Part shown: positions 8,671-20,200 of the stretch, piece by piece
Layout of the letters: every line of letters begins with the position of its first letter
Numbering within the stretch: the first letter of the stretch is position 1
NCBI GenBank assembly: GCA_963932905.1
Contig: CAWVRN010000021.1
Location: 11,799-75,798 of the forward strand
Direction of reading: 5' to 3'
From: an uncultured Bdellovibrio sp.
Lineage (GTDB): Bacteria; Bdellovibrionota; Bdellovibrionia; Bdellovibrionales; Bdellovibrionaceae
Length of the DNA: 64,000 nucleotides
The notes under the pieces: model-generated
The model's database searches: none
The model's input: the letters and a program-made list of their open reading frames with translations, nothing else
Told to the model about the DNA's origin: nothing
Made by a program: the position numbers and the translations under genes

Positions 8671-11360
8671 TCTTCCTCCGCAGGCATGGTGGGTTGCTCT
8701 TCGATTGGCAGAGAAATTACAAATCGTGCTCCATGTGGCGAATTGGCTTCAAAACCAAGTTCACCGTGATGTAAGTTCACAATTTCTTTTACAATAGATA
8801 GTCCTAATCCAGTTCCTCCCGGAGGCGCCCCAGGGACGCGATAAAATTTTTCAAAAATATATGGTACGGATAGTTCTGGAATTCCAGGACCGTTGTCTTC
8901 CACCAAAATTTTTAGAACAGAATTATGTCGATGTGCCTTTATTAATATTTTGCTGCCTTTTGGTGTGTACTGAGTTGCATTTAAAATTAAATTAGAAATA
9001 GCATGCTCAAATAATCTGAAATCAATTTTTATCATTGCTAGGTCGGCAGGAACTTCGACTACGATAACGTGATTGGCAGTTGAGGTTTTAATTCGCTTAA
9101 GGACAACTCCAACTAAATCGCTTGGATCATGCCATTCCAAATTTAACGCCAAAACACCGGAACTAAGGCGACTCATATCTAAAAGATTTTCGATCACCTG
9201 ATTTAAACGAGTACCCGTATCGTTTAGACTTCGAGCAATGTCTTTCACATAAGGATCCTGTATTAGATCGCTATCCAATGCAGCTGTTGCGCCTAACATG
9301 GCGGTCAGCGGCGTGCGCAGTTCATGAGAAATAGAATTCAGTAGAGTTTGATGAAGCACTTCGGAATCTTTCAATCTTTGTGCTTCTTGCAGACGACGGC
9401 CTAGGAAATGGCGTTCAATTGAAATGCCAAGCTGGCCAACAATAGCGAACAGCAAAGTGGAATGCTCGCTTCCCATCTTTTTGATTTTACGATTAGGTTT
9501 GAAAACGAAAACACCCACCACCTCATTGGCACCACGAAGTGGTATGTACAAAGATCGTGACTGGCTTAATGTGTCGGTAGACCATCCCGCAGATTTTCTA
9601 TTTTGAAAACACCAGATGGCAACGGCTTGTTCTTTGTCATCCAGTTTCCATGGCATATGTTTATTGGATTCAACATCCAAGTTTCCCTTCTTGGATTTTA
9701 AAATGATGCCGCAATCTGCGTCAAATGTCTTATCGACTCTAGAAACTGTTTTCTCGATAAATTCGCGCTTGTCTTTTGCGTTTGAGATATCTTGTAAAAT
9801 TTGAAATAGCATATTTGTGCGATCTTCACGGTCACGAATTACTTTTTCATGAAAACGAATTCGATTAGTCAGAAATCCTGTAATGATGGCAACGACGAAA
9901 TAGGCGATACATAAAATAAAATCTTCAGGTTGAGAAATTGTTATTGTGAATTTCGGAGGAATAAATCCAATGTTCCAGGTAAGAGCACTTACCGCTGCCG
10001 CCATTAAAACCGCACCTAGACTGCCAAACAGGCCGACGGTTAGAACACCTAGCAAGAAAATGAAACCGACGGTGCGGTATCCGATGAAAGGCTCAATAAC
10101 AGTACTTAGCGCGGTTATTGCAGCCAGAAACCACAATGTATTCCAATATTTTATCCAGCCTGTAGCGGAACGGTAATGTTTTAATTCTTGCCACACCGAG
10201 GGACGGAACTGACTTTTTTGATCTTGACGAATAATGTGTATATCGACTTCAAGACTTTCTTTGATGAAATGATTCAACAGCGATCCGCCTTCAAGTAAAT
10301 CGCGAAACCATCGCCGAGTAGGTCTGCCGACGATGACTTGTGTGACATTTTTTTGTCGACAAATACGTTTTAAAGCTTCAGCTAGGCTGGTGTCCACCAT
10401 AGTTACAACTTCGGCCTTAAGTTCTTTTGCCAAAGATAGGTTTCTATTTAACTGCGCTTGATCTTCACTGTTTAGCTGAATACCAGTATCGACGTGAACT
10501 GCAATCCACGGCGCTTCTAAGCTATATGCGATTCTTCGCGTGGCGCGAATTATTTTTTCAGAGTAGGGACTATGCGAGACCGCGACCAACAATCGCTCAT
10601 TTGTCTGCCACGGTTGTTGATCGCGGGCCGCCGAAAATTTTTGTAAATCCTGATCAACTCGTTCGGCGGTAAAACGCAAAGCAATTTCGCGTAGTGCAGT
10701 TAATTTGTCTTCTTTGAAAAAACCGGCGGCAGCGGCAGCGGCTTTGTCGCCAAGATAGACTTTGCCCTCTGACAATCGTTTTAATAATTCAATTGGTGCA
10801 ATGTCGACAAGTTCGACTTGCCCAGCTCGTTCGATGATACTATCTGGTACTGTTTCGCGAATTGAAATACCGGTAATGGATTCTGCTGCATCTTTGCGAC
10901 TTTCCAAATGTTGCACATTAAGCGCGGTCAAAACATCAATTCCATGGTCTAATAATTCAAGTACATCCTGATATCGTTTTTGATGGCGTGATCCTGGGGC
11001 ATTCGTGTGAGCCAATTCATCAACGACGACTAATTCGGGCTTGCGCCTAATGATAGTATCGATATCTAACTCTTCCAAAACAGTTTCGCGGTATTGAATT
11101 TTTTTTCTGGGAACAATTTCTAAATCATTCAGCAATGCGGCCGTTTCTGAACGGTTGTGAGTTTCCACGATACCAACAACTACATCTACTCCTTCATTCT
11201 TCTTTTGATGAGCTGCTTTTAGCATGGCAAATGTTTTACCGACTCCTGCGGACATGCCTAAAAACACGCGCAGCTTAGCTGACGTACGAGCTTTTTCTTC
11301 GGCGTTGATGGCAGACAATAGCGAGTCAGGGTCTATTGGTCCGCGATATTTAGAGTTCAA
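8667..11360 (-). CDS. kdpD: Sensor kinase KdpD
   Basis: KdpD domain (GVGKT, DELAHTN), USP domain, 4 TM, GAF, SHELRTPL kinase. Confidence 0.95.
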   Translation of the reverse strand: MNSKYRGPIDPDSLLSAINAEEKARTSAKLRVFLGMSAGVGKTFAMLKAAHQKKNEGVDVVVGIVETHNRSETAALLNDLEIVPRKKIQYRETVLEELDIDTIIRRKPELVVVDELAHTNAPGSRHQKRYQDVLELLDHGIDVLTALNVQHLESRKDAAESITGISIRETVPDSIIERAGQVELVDIAPIELLKRLSEGKVYLGDKAAAAAAGFFKEDKLTALREIALRFTAERVDQDLQKFSAARDQQPWQTNERLLVAVSHSPYSEKIIRATRRIAYSLEAPWIAVHVDTGIQLNSEDQAQLNRNLSLAKELKAEVVTMVDTSLAEALKRICRQKNVTQVIVGRPTRRWFRDLLEGGSLLNHFIKESLEVDIHIIRQDQKSQFRPSVWQELKHYRSATGWIKYWNTLWFLAAITALSTVIEPFIGYRTVGFIFLLGVLTVGLFGSLGAVLMAAAVSALTWNIGFIPPKFTITISQPEDFILCIAYFVVAIITGFLTNRIRFHEKVIRDREDRTNMLFQILQDISNAKDKREFIEKTVSRVDKTFDADCGIILKSKKGNLDVESNKHMPWKLDDKEQAVAIWCFQNRKSAGWSTDTLSQSRSLYIPLRGANEVVGVFVFKPNRKIKKMGSEHSTLLFAIVGQLGISIERHFLGRRLQEAQRLKDSEVLHQTLLNSISHELRTPLTAMLGATAALDSDLIQDPYVKDIARSLNDTGTRLNQVIENLLDMSRLSSGVLALNLEWHDPSDLVGVVLKRIKTSTANHVIVVEVPADLAMIKIDFRLFEHAISNLILNATQYTPKGSKILIKAHRHNSVLKILVEDNGPGIPELSVPYIFEKFYRVPGAPPGGTGLGLSIVKEIVNLHHGELGFEANSPHGARFVISLPIEEQPTMPAEEE

Positions 11361-11361
11361 A

Positions 11362-11931
11362 TTAGTTCCTCAACCTTTGCAACGTATCTAAATTCAAATT
11401 CAATTTCAAAACATTGATTTTGGTTTCACCTAATATACCTAATTGAGGGGACTCCGTCAGTTCATCGATAGCGTTGCGCACGGCGATGATATCTAAACCT
11501 CGCGCCTTAGCTACGCGACCTATTTGGTAATTGGCAGACGCCAAAGATATATGGGGATCTAACCCACTGGCCGAATTGAAAATTAAATCTTGAGGTGCTG
11601 TGGAATCTGTTCCGTGCTTTTGTTTTAGAAATTCCACGCGTATGTCATAGTTTTTCTTTAAAGCTGTGCTAACAGGACTCAGATTAGAGCCTCCGGAAGG
11701 GAGGGGGTTGTAGTCGGTCGCGGACGGCCGAGCCCAGAAGTAGCGGTCCGATTCAAATTTTTGAGCGATCAAGCTGGAACCAATAACGATACCATCTTTT
11801 GTGATTAGACTTCCGTTCGCTTCTTTTGAAAACAGACCTTGCGAAATTCCGGTCACTAGCAAAGGGTAAATGAAACCTGTTAAGAGAGTCATAAAGCCCA
11901 GCATGCGAAATGAGATAAGAAATAACTTCAT
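11362..11931 (-). CDS. kdpC: K+-transporting ATPase subunit C
   Basis: ANGSL, YFWARPSA, SGGSNL, SASGLDPHIS. Confidence 0.95.
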   Translation of the reverse strand: MKLFLISFRMLGFMTLLTGFIYPLLVTGISQGLFSKEANGSLITKDGIVIGSSLIAQKFESDRYFWARPSATDYNPLPSGGSNLSPVSTALKKNYDIRVEFLKQKHGTDSTAPQDLIFNSASGLDPHISLASANYQIGRVAKARGLDIIAVRNAIDELTESPQLGILGETKINVLKLNLNLDTLQRLRN

Positions 11932-11943
11932 AAAAGTCTCCGG

Positions 11944-14028
11944 TTAAATTAGACCTGTTTTGGTGATCAAGATATCGATTAATTTAATGCCAATAAAGGG
12001 AACGATAAGGCCACCAAATCCAAAAATAAGTAAATTACGACGAAGCACGTCCGCAGCACCCATCGAACGATACGCGACACCCTTTAGTGCTAAGGGAATT
12101 AACGCTACGATGATCAGAGCATTAAAAATCACGGCGCTAAGGATCGCGCTATGTGAAGAATGCAAAGCCATGATATTTAGCTTTTCTAACGGACCGTGAT
12201 TTTGTCCTGCTGTTATGTAGAGTGCGCTAAAAAGTGCTGGCAAAATGGCAAAATATTTCGCCACGTCGTTGGCAATACTGAACGTCGTTAAACTTCCTCG
12301 GGTCATTAATAACTGCTTTCCGATTTCTACTATTTCAATTAGCTTGGTAGGATTGGAATCTAAGTCCACCATGTTGCCGGCTTCGCGTGCGGCCTGGGTG
12401 CCCGTGTTCATTGCCACACCCACATCGGCTTGAGCTAGCGCCGGGGCATCATTAGTACCGTCTCCAGTCATGGCGACTAAGTGTCCTTTGTTTTGTTCTT
12501 CGCGAATTCGATTGAGTTTTGACTCTGGTGTCGCCTGGGCCATGAAGTCGTCGACTCCAGCTTCGGCGGCAATGGCTGCGGCTGTAATAGGATTGTCACC
12601 AGTAATCATCACAGTGCGAATTCCCATTTTTCTAAGTTCGGCAAATCGCTCTTTTATGCCTCCCTTTACGATATCTTTTAAATAAATCACGCCAAGGATC
12701 GCATTCCCTTGGGAAACGACTAGGGGCGTCCCACCTTTTTTTGCAACGGTTTCAATTAATGAATCTAGCTGTGCGGGGATCGAGCCTTTATCTTTTTTTA
12801 CAAGTTCTTTGATAGAATCGCCGGCTCCTTTACGAATGGACACAGAAGTCGTATTCGCATCTAAGAAATCGACGCCACTCATTCGTGTCTGTGCAGTAAA
12901 GGGAATAAAGGTCATGGATCGATGGCTTGCCGAATCTGCACGTAAATTAAATTTTTCTTTTGCTAAAACAACGATGGATCGGCCTTCCGCTGTTTCGTCG
13001 GCTAGTGAAGATAGTTGCGCGGCCTCTGCTAGTTGAATTTCAGTTACTCCTTTGATGGGTAAGAATTCCGATGCCATGCGGTTACCCAGCGTAATGGTAC
13101 CTGTTTTATCTAGTAACAAAACATCAATATCACCAGCAGCTTCAACCGCACGGCCACTGGTCGCAATTACATTTCTACTGATAAGGCGATCCATACCGCT
13201 GATGCCGATAGCACTTAACAAACCGCCGATCGTCGTTGGAATTAGGCAAACCAAAAGAGAAATTAATACGGGGACGGTAATGATGTTAGATAGGTCTTGG
13301 CCCATTGTCGTTCCCGCAAAATCCGTGAACGGTTTGATTGTCATTACGGCAAGTAAAAATACAATGGTTAAACCGGACAGAATAATACTGAGTGCAATTT
13401 CGTTCGGCGTCTTTTTACGAGTCGCACCTTCGACCAGGGAAATCATTCTATCTAAAAAGCTGCTTCCCGGTTCGGCGGTAATTTTAATTAGAATTTTGTC
13501 ACTGAGAACTTTGGTTCCGCCGGTGACGGCACTGCGATCACCTCCACTTTCACGTATGACTGGCGCCGATTCACCGGTAATGGCGGATTCGTCGACACTG
13601 GCAATGCCCAAAATAATCTCACCGTCGCTGGGAATGATGTCGCCTGCTTCGCAAACGACTACATCATTCTTTTTTAATTCTACAGCGGAAACCAAAGATT
13701 CTTTCTCATTTACTAGTAATCTAGCCTTGGTGGACGTTCTAACTTTCTTCAAACTTTCGGCCTGTGCTTTGCCTCGTCCTTCAGCGATTGCTTCGGCAAA
13801 ATTGGCAAACAGTACTGTAAACCATAACCAAATCGAAATTTGAAACTCAAATGACTTTGAACTGCCGCTACCAAAAATCAATATGAGAGTCGTTAAGACG
13901 GCACAGATCTCGGTCACAAACATAACTGGATTTCGTGCTTGTGCTCGAGGATCAAGTTTTATAAATGCGCCTTTCATTGCTGGTAATAGGATTTGTGGAT
14001 TCGTCCACTGGCTCTCTGTTTTTTTCAT
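11944..14028 (-). CDS. kdpB: K+-transporting P-type ATPase subunit B
   Basis: TGES, IPTTIGG, DKTGT phosphorylation site, GDGTNDAP. Confidence 0.97.
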   Translation of the reverse strand: MKKTESQWTNPQILLPAMKGAFIKLDPRAQARNPVMFVTEICAVLTTLILIFGSGSSKSFEFQISIWLWFTVLFANFAEAIAEGRGKAQAESLKKVRTSTKARLLVNEKESLVSAVELKKNDVVVCEAGDIIPSDGEIILGIASVDESAITGESAPVIRESGGDRSAVTGGTKVLSDKILIKITAEPGSSFLDRMISLVEGATRKKTPNEIALSIILSGLTIVFLLAVMTIKPFTDFAGTTMGQDLSNIITVPVLISLLVCLIPTTIGGLLSAIGISGMDRLISRNVIATSGRAVEAAGDIDVLLLDKTGTITLGNRMASEFLPIKGVTEIQLAEAAQLSSLADETAEGRSIVVLAKEKFNLRADSASHRSMTFIPFTAQTRMSGVDFLDANTTSVSIRKGAGDSIKELVKKDKGSIPAQLDSLIETVAKKGGTPLVVSQGNAILGVIYLKDIVKGGIKERFAELRKMGIRTVMITGDNPITAAAIAAEAGVDDFMAQATPESKLNRIREEQNKGHLVAMTGDGTNDAPALAQADVGVAMNTGTQAAREAGNMVDLDSNPTKLIEIVEIGKQLLMTRGSLTTFSIANDVAKYFAILPALFSALYITAGQNHGPLEKLNIMALHSSHSAILSAVIFNALIIVALIPLALKGVAYRSMGAADVLRRNLLIFGFGGLIVPFIGIKLIDILITKTGLI

Positions 14029-14038
14029 ACATACCTCG

Positions 14039-15730
14039 CTAGTAAATCGTTCCGTTTGACATCATAAAGTGTTCGACAATGGGACCTAAAGAAAGCGCTG
14101 GGAGAAAAGTTAAAGCACCGACAATCAGAATCACGCCAATTAATAGAATAGCGAAAATAGCTGTATCAGTGGCAAATGTTCCTGCTGATGGCGGAGAGGT
14201 TTTTCTTCGGACTAAACTACCGGCAATCGCCAACACGGGAATGATAACTACAAATCGTCCGATCAACATCGCAAGACCTAAAATTAGATTGTAGTAAACG
14301 GTGTTCGCGTTTAAACCCGCAAATGCACTTCCATTATTTCCGGTCGCCGATGTGAATGCATACAGAACTTCAGAAAATCCGTGAGGGCCTTTGTGGGACA
14401 AACTTGAAAGTGCAGTAGGCAACATCACCGACAAGGCGGTGCCAGTTAAAATCGTGGCGCACGGACCAAGTATGCCGAAAACGGCCCACTTCATTTCATA
14501 AGCTTCGATTTTTTTACCAAGATATTCTGGGCTACGTCCAACCATCAAGCCCGATAAAAATACGGTCAATAGAACGAATAGCAACATGCCGTACATTCCG
14601 GCACCTACACCACCGAAAATGATTTCACCAAGCATAATATTAAACATCGCAATCCCGCCAGCTATTGGAGACAGGCTAGAGTGCATTGAATTCACGGAAC
14701 CGTTGGAAGCAACAGTTGTTAGAGTGGACCAGATTAAACTGTTAATAACACCAAATCGAGTTTCCTTTCCTTCCATTAAACCAGGTTGATTATATATCGG
14801 ATTTACTTGATATTCCGCAGCCGATGACGCGGCCAAGGTTGCTAACCAAATTCCTAGCATCACAGCAAATATTGTCCATCCGTGGCGCTGGTGTCCCGTC
14901 ATGCGACCATAGGTAAATGTAAGTGCTGCTGGCAAAAGAATGATGGCTAACATCTGCAAGAAATTTGAAAGCGGAGTTGGATTTTCTAACGGATGTGCTG
15001 AATTTGCATTGAAAAAACCGCCGCCATTTGTTCCTAATTGTTTGATTGCTACCTGCGATGCCGCCGGACCAGAGGGGATGATTTGTTTTGCGCCTTCTAG
15101 AGTCGTTGCCTCTGTGTAACCTGAAAAATTTTGCACAACTCCTTGGCTTACTAAAATAATAGATAAAACAATCGATAAAGGTAGCAGTACATACACTACA
15201 CTTCGTGTAAGATCGGTCCAAAAGTTACCTAACGTCGCCGCGTTCTTTCGGACGATCCCTCGGGTTAAAGCTAAAAACACGGCAATGCCAGTGGCTGCAC
15301 TTACAAAGTTTTGAGTGGTCAATGCAAGCATTTGAGTCAGAAATGACATTACAGTTTCACCGGCATAACCTTGCCAGTTAGTGTTTGTCATAAAACTTAT
15401 CGCCGTGTTGAAGGCCGAATGCCAAGAAACTCCCGGCAGCTGCTGAGGATTTAGTGGCAAAAACGACTGAATCATTTGCAAAATGAAAACAACCAAAAAT
15501 CCGATGAAATTAAATATAAGAAGAGCTTGAGTGTACTGACGCCAATTCATTTCTTCTGTTGAATCCACACCCGCGAATTTATAGGCCAAATTTTCTAGCC
15601 ATCCAAAAACTGGTTTTAAAATATGTTTTTGCCCTTCGAAAACTTGGGCCAAATATTTTCCTAGTAATGGTGTAAGTAAAATAATCGCAGTTACAAATAT
15701 TGCAATTTGAATAAAATCTGTCGCTTTCAT
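14039..15730 (-). CDS. kdpA: K+-transporting ATPase subunit A
   Basis: [21 protein letters not shown] selectivity-filter motifs. Confidence 0.97.
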   Translation of the reverse strand: MKATDFIQIAIFVTAIILLTPLLGKYLAQVFEGQKHILKPVFGWLENLAYKFAGVDSTEEMNWRQYTQALLIFNFIGFLVVFILQMIQSFLPLNPQQLPGVSWHSAFNTAISFMTNTNWQGYAGETVMSFLTQMLALTTQNFVSAATGIAVFLALTRGIVRKNAATLGNFWTDLTRSVVYVLLPLSIVLSIILVSQGVVQNFSGYTEATTLEGAKQIIPSGPAASQVAIKQLGTNGGGFFNANSAHPLENPTPLSNFLQMLAIILLPAALTFTYGRMTGHQRHGWTIFAVMLGIWLATLAASSAAEYQVNPIYNQPGLMEGKETRFGVINSLIWSTLTTVASNGSVNSMHSSLSPIAGGIAMFNIMLGEIIFGGVGAGMYGMLLFVLLTVFLSGLMVGRSPEYLGKKIEAYEMKWAVFGILGPCATILTGTALSVMLPTALSSLSHKGPHGFSEVLYAFTSATGNNGSAFAGLNANTVYYNLILGLAMLIGRFVVIIPVLAIAGSLVRRKTSPPSAGTFATDTAIFAILLIGVILIVGALTFLPALSLGPIVEHFMMSNGTIY

Positions 15731-15743
15731 ATCGACTCCACAG

Positions 15744-15827
15744 TTAAAATTTTTCTGGATTGAATAGTGCGTATACTAAATAGCCCAGAACTAAAATTCC
15801 GATTAAACCTGATAGAAAAAAATCCAT
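15744..15827 (-). CDS. kdpF: KdpF small membrane subunit (27 aa, not in ORF track)
   Basis: Manual translation MDFFLSGLIGILVLGYLVYALFNPEKF*; typical YLxYALxxPEKF end; GGAGG SD; directly upstream of kdpA. Confidence 0.93.
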   Translation of the reverse strand: MDFFLSGLIGILVLGYLVYALFNPEKF

Positions 15828-15839
15828 AAAGCCTCCCTA

Positions 15840-17138
15840 CTAAAATCGAACCATCATAGCCGCAGTTAAACGATCTTCTGTTTGAACTAAATCTGGATTC
15901 CAATTTGTGACCGCCGAACCAAGTGATCCTTGGTTTCCACCCGGAGGAGTCATGCCATTAGGTCCTGCAAAATAGGGAACGCTGGCCCAGCGACGAGTGT
16001 ATTCTAAACGGAAAGTCAGATTGCGAGTCGGCATATAATCACCAGCGATTTGCGCATCCCATGCCGAAAAATCATCACCAGGATTGGCGGTGAAGTAGGG
16101 CGTTCCCGAATAGGCGGTAGCGCCATTTATTGGCGGCATTAAAACTAGATAGCGACCCGGATTTCTGATTTGCCCGCCGCCGATTGTTAATCCATAGGTG
16201 TCTTTTTCAAACCACACGCGATTGTAAGCCATGAAGCCTACAAAGTACTGACCATCGCAATTAACTCCGCCGCCTTGTTCACAGCCAGCATCAATAGTGA
16301 GTGAAGCAGCCGCTTTACTTAACGTAGCAGACTGATTTTCGTAGTATTTTGTCATGATGCTGTTGTCACTATGAACGCGAACGCGACCAGAATTACCTAG
16401 CGTATCGGCGCCGTAGTATTGATTGGATACGATAGCTAATGAATCAGTAGGACGATAAGAAATTTGAACACCAGCACCGGGCTGTTCATTGAATTGTCCA
16501 TAAGACTGCCATCCATTGATCAACCAAGGTTCAATTTTAAGTTTATCATTTGGAAAAAATTGAAGACGAACACCGTTGAAAAACCAAGGTGTATTGGATG
16601 AAACGTACGAAGGTTGATAGGTCCAATTGTCGAAGTTGTAGTAGCTCCATAAACCAATGTAGGACATGAAAATCCCGGCTTGGATATTTGTCCCATTGGC
16701 TAATTTGTAAGTGCCATAGGCTTCGGATACATATCGGTAAGCATTGTCAGTCTGCCATTGTCCACGTGACGTGCTGGGGTCATTGCGTGGCGTAGTCATG
16801 GAATACATTCCAAACTGAGTCATTAAACGAAAGCCCACGTTGTTATAATTAAAGTCGCCACCAGCACCAATTTGGGTTAGTTGAAGTTCATTGTGTCGAA
16901 ATACTTCGCTTGATCCCGATATGGTGTGGTCGGATGGTTTGTTGAATGAATAATGATAAGCAGAATCAAGCCTGATTTCCGGTGTGAAATACTTTGTAGC
17001 CATCGGGGATTCGGTGGGAGCATAGTTTCCCGGCATCCAAGAATAGTCTGCTGTTTGGGCGTGTAATACAGTCGATGTAATCAGCATAAGTTTCATCAGA
17101 ACAATGGAATAAAGAGATTGAGTTTTGAGAATTGACAT
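15840..17138 (-). CDS. Outer-membrane beta-barrel/porin family protein (DUF1597/OEP-like), first gene of kdp operon
   Basis: Signal peptide, aromatic-rich beta strands, C-terminal Phe (MMVRF); GAAAGGA SD before ATG 17138; 12 nt from kdpF. Confidence 0.75.
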   Translation of the reverse strand: MSILKTQSLYSIVLMKLMLITSTVLHAQTADYSWMPGNYAPTESPMATKYFTPEIRLDSAYHYSFNKPSDHTISGSSEVFRHNELQLTQIGAGGDFNYNNVGFRLMTQFGMYSMTTPRNDPSTSRGQWQTDNAYRYVSEAYGTYKLANGTNIQAGIFMSYIGLWSYYNFDNWTYQPSYVSSNTPWFFNGVRLQFFPNDKLKIEPWLINGWQSYGQFNEQPGAGVQISYRPTDSLAIVSNQYYGADTLGNSGRVRVHSDNSIMTKYYENQSATLSKAAASLTIDAGCEQGGGVNCDGQYFVGFMAYNRVWFEKDTYGLTIGGGQIRNPGRYLVLMPPINGATAYSGTPYFTANPGDDFSAWDAQIAGDYMPTRNLTFRLEYTRRWASVPYFAGPNGMTPPGGNQGSLGSAVTNWNPDLVQTEDRLTAAMMVRF

Positions 17139-17182
17139 AACGATCCTTTCAATGACGTTACAGTCAGGATGCATCCAATGAG

Positions 17183-17202
17183 CGTAAAAAAGATGTAAAA
17201 AA
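17183..17202 (-). promoter_or_regulatory. Putative KdpE-binding direct repeat
   Basis: Minus strand TTTACA-TCTTT-TTTACG, 11-bp period, resembles the E. coli KdpE box (TTTATA-N5-TTTACA). Confidence 0.7.
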
Positions 17203-17391
17203 CTGACCTCAAGGTATCTTGAAAAAGACCAATTCAAAATTCTCAGAACGAGGCTTCGTAAATATGGTTAATAGCTATGGATTCCCTGTCTGGAGCGGCT
17301 CTGGTCAGAATCCTGGAATTCACCACTCTTTGACAATTTTGAGGGTACACTGGAGGAAAGCCTTTGAAGGAATCAAGGAGCGAAAGTTAAA

Positions 17392-18615
17392 ATGAAAAAG
17401 TTTTTTTGCCTTGCACTGTTGTATGTATTCTCAGCTGCGCAAAAAGTTGAAGCTAACACCGATGGAAGCTCTTCGATTTACCTGGTTTTCCGGGAATTTG
17501 ATGTCAAAGCCGAGGTGAGCTTGGCTTTATCAGAATTAGAAGCCGCGTTTGGAAAGGAATTGCAGACTGATCCAACGGAAAAAATTAGGGATCTAAAAGT
17601 TGAGTTACGTAGTTATATTTTATCCCATATATCCGTTAAAGGCCAAGACGGCCTACCATGGCAAATCAATTTAACTGATGATTTCTCTATTGAGAATCTC
17701 CCAGGCGAACCGCGTAGCCTTGTTTTTAGTATCTCACTGCATTCAACAAACGTTCAGTCGCCGCGTGCATTTTCGATTTTCACCGATCTTATTGTTCATA
17801 AAATTTTAAGTCATAGAATTTTAGTCTTTGTAAAATCTGACTGGGGAACAGGTGTCTCTTCCGAACATACAGAAGGCATAGGCATTGTTTACTCCGGACA
17901 AAATGAAATTATTGTAAATCGAGGTGAAGGCAGCAATTGGGTTGGTTTTCTGAGCGTATTCAAACTTGGAATGGATCGTGTAAAAACAGAGTTCTATCAC
18001 CTTATGTTTATCTTTGTCTTGTTATTATCAATGACTGTCTCTTATAAAAATAGTTTTTTTGATTTCTTTAGAGTTTTAAGTGCATTTACGGTAGGTCATT
18101 TCCTTAAGTTGCTTATTGTGGCTGCCGGCGCCAAGAACCTGCCTCTTCGATGGGATGAAGTTCTCTTTTCAGTTACGATAATTATTTTTATTTTCCATTC
18201 ATTTCGTCCTCTCTTTCCGGGACAAGAGTGGATTGTAGCGTTCGTATTCGGATTAGTTTACGGCTTTGTTTCTTCAAATGTAATTTCTGATTTCGGTTTG
18301 TCGGCGGGGAACCTGATCATTGGTTCCCTTGGTCTAAGTTTGGGAGTATTATTTATGCAATTGGTGATCGTCGCACTTTTTGCTCCGTGGTACTATATTG
18401 CCGCCAAAGGAAAATTTTATCCCGTATTTAGAAATCTGATTTTGTTGGCCGCTTTAATAATTTGCATTGTTTGGTTGTCGACACGCTTGTTAAATACCGA
18501 AAATTTCTTGCTGCCATATTTAAATACGATAGTAGAACACCTCGAATGGAGTTTTCTTTACACTGCGGTAGGTTGCTTACTAGTGCGCTATCAAAAGCCA
18601 GACAATATTAAATAA
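17392..18615 (+). CDS. HupE/UreJ-like membrane protein with periplasmic N-domain (degenerate)
   Basis: Signal peptide; AFTVGH and FGLVYGF motifs; multiple C-terminal TMs. Confidence 0.65.
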   Translation: MKKFFCLALLYVFSAAQKVEANTDGSSSIYLVFREFDVKAEVSLALSELEAAFGKELQTDPTEKIRDLKVELRSYILSHISVKGQDGLPWQINLTDDFSIENLPGEPRSLVFSISLHSTNVQSPRAFSIFTDLIVHKILSHRILVFVKSDWGTGVSSEHTEGIGIVYSGQNEIIVNRGEGSNWVGFLSVFKLGMDRVKTEFYHLMFIFVLLLSMTVSYKNSFFDFFRVLSAFTVGHFLKLLIVAAGAKNLPLRWDEVLFSVTIIIFIFHSFRPLFPGQEWIVAFVFGLVYGFVSSNVISDFGLSAGNLIIGSLGLSLGVLFMQLVIVALFAPWYYIAAKGKFYPVFRNLILLAALIICIVWLSTRLLNTENFLLPYLNTIVEHLEWSFLYTAVGCLLVRYQKPDNIK

Positions 18616-18675
18616 ATTATGCTTGAGCTTGCCGCCTAGACGTGTTTTTTTAAATAAAAATGTAAAGGATGCGCA

Positions 18676-19587
18676 TTGAAATCTATTGTCATATTCTTAT
18701 TATTGAGTCTTTTTTCAGAAGCTAAAATTCAAATGGCAATCACTGTTGACGATTTACCAGCTCACGGACAATTGCCAGGTGGGTATAATCGTCTTCAAAT
18801 TACTAAAAAAATGTTAGATGTTTTAAAGTCTCATCAGATTCCAGAAGTTTATGGTTTTCTAAACGCTAGTAAAATTGGCGACGATAAAATATTAATGGAA
18901 TCCGTTAAACTATGGACGGATACTGGTTATCCATTAGGTAATCATACGTTCACCCACAAGAGCATAAACAAGGTGTCCCTTGCAGAATTTAAACAAGAGA
19001 TCGACAACAACGAAAGCGCGCTACAAAACTATGGTGGAAAATTTGACTGGAAATATTTTCGCTATCCTTATCTGCATGAAGGTAATACATTAGAAACGCG
19101 TAATGCAATTCGTGATCATTTGAAAAGCAAAGGATATAAAATTGCTCAGGTCACCGTGGACTTTGAAGATTGGTCTTGGAATGATCCTTACGCTCGATGT
19201 CTAGATAAGAACGAAAAGAAAACTATTAAGTGGTTGAAATCGACATTTATCGCCAATGCGAAAGAACATTTACGACGCGAAGTAAAGTTATCAAAATTTT
19301 TATTTCAGCGACCAGTGAAACATATTTTACTTCTGCATGTAGGCGCGTTTGATGCTGATATGATGGATGAATTACTACTCATGTATAAAAAAGAAGGCGT
19401 GGAATTTATTCCTTTGTCCGAAGCGATCAGTGATGAAATCTATACAATCGATCCGGCCTTGGCTGCCGAACATGGTTCAGAATTAACTTTTCAGATATTG
19501 AAATCAAAAAATTTGAAACTAAAAGATGCCGGTCTAAAAAAGTTTAGCATGTATCCGAAAGAAAAATTAGATAAGGTGTGTCGATAG
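18676..19587 (+). CDS. Secreted polysaccharide deacetylase (CE4/NodB-like)
   Basis: TVDDLP, GNHTFTH, FRYPY, DWSW, ILLLH. Confidence 0.88.
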   Translation: MKSIVIFLLLSLFSEAKIQMAITVDDLPAHGQLPGGYNRLQITKKMLDVLKSHQIPEVYGFLNASKIGDDKILMESVKLWTDTGYPLGNHTFTHKSINKVSLAEFKQEIDNNESALQNYGGKFDWKYFRYPYLHEGNTLETRNAIRDHLKSKGYKIAQVTVDFEDWSWNDPYARCLDKNEKKTIKWLKSTFIANAKEHLRREVKLSKFLFQRPVKHILLLHVGAFDADMMDELLLMYKKEGVEFIPLSEAISDEIYTIDPALAAEHGSELTFQILKSKNLKLKDAGLKKFSMYPKEKLDKVCR

Positions 19588-19648
19588 AAAATCTGGCTAA
19601 TTAGAAAAGCGCCAGTATACTAAAAAAATAAAGAAAGTGAGGCTTTAA

Positions 19649-20200
19649 ATGGCTGCAAATATTTATGATTTTTCAATTCCTAAAATCGACGGTAAACCAT
19701 CAACTTTGGCAGAGTATAGAGGAAAAGTAATGTTGATAGTAAACGTCGCTTCGGAATGTGGTTTGACTCCGCAGTATGAAGCTTTAGAAAAAACTTATGA
19801 AAAATATCGCGCTCAAGGTTTAGAAATTCTTGGGTTTCCAGCGAACGAGTTTGGCGCTCAAGAGCCTGGTACAAATCAACAAATTCAAGAATTTTGTACA
19901 TCTAAATTTGGAATTAAATTTCCCATGTTTCAGAAAATTGTTGTTAAGGGCCCTGGCCAGCATCCGTTATATAATTATTTAACTACGGCAAAACCGGATG
20001 CCATTCAAATTCCAAATTCAAAACTGGAACCTGATTTAGTTGAATATGGATTTAAACGCGAAATAAAAAAAGATATTTTGTGGAATTTTGAAAAATTCCT
20101 TGTGAACCGTCAAGGCCAAGTGGTCGCACGATTTGCGCCCGACATGACCCCTGACGATCCAACTGTCACCAAGGCTATTGAACAGGAGCTCCGTTCGTAG
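19649..20200 (+). CDS. Glutathione peroxidase (Cys type, BtuE-like)
   Basis: NVASECGLT, GFPANEFG.QEPG, WNFEKFL. Confidence 0.93.
   Translation: MAANIYDFSIPKIDGKPSTLAEYRGKVMLIVNVASECGLTPQYEALEKTYEKYRAQGLEILGFPANEFGAQEPGTNQQIQEFCTSKFGIKFPMFQKIVVKGPGQHPLYNYLTTAKPDAIQIPNSKLEPDLVEYGFKREIKKDILWNFEKFLVNRQGQVVARFAPDMTPDDPTVTKAIEQELRS

Noticed and set aside
13052..13843. 263-aa ORF and many other short ORFs antisense to kdp, kinase and MATE genes
   Set aside because: Shadow frames of well-supported genes on the opposite strand; no independent motifs
17264..17395. 43-codon ORF whose stop overlaps the HupE-like start; possible riboswitch in the same gap
   Set aside because: No SD, no recognisable motif, and no riboswitch consensus I can support
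19649..20200. Possible selenocysteine glutathione peroxidase
   Set aside because: The catalytic codon is TGT (Cys); no in-frame TGA
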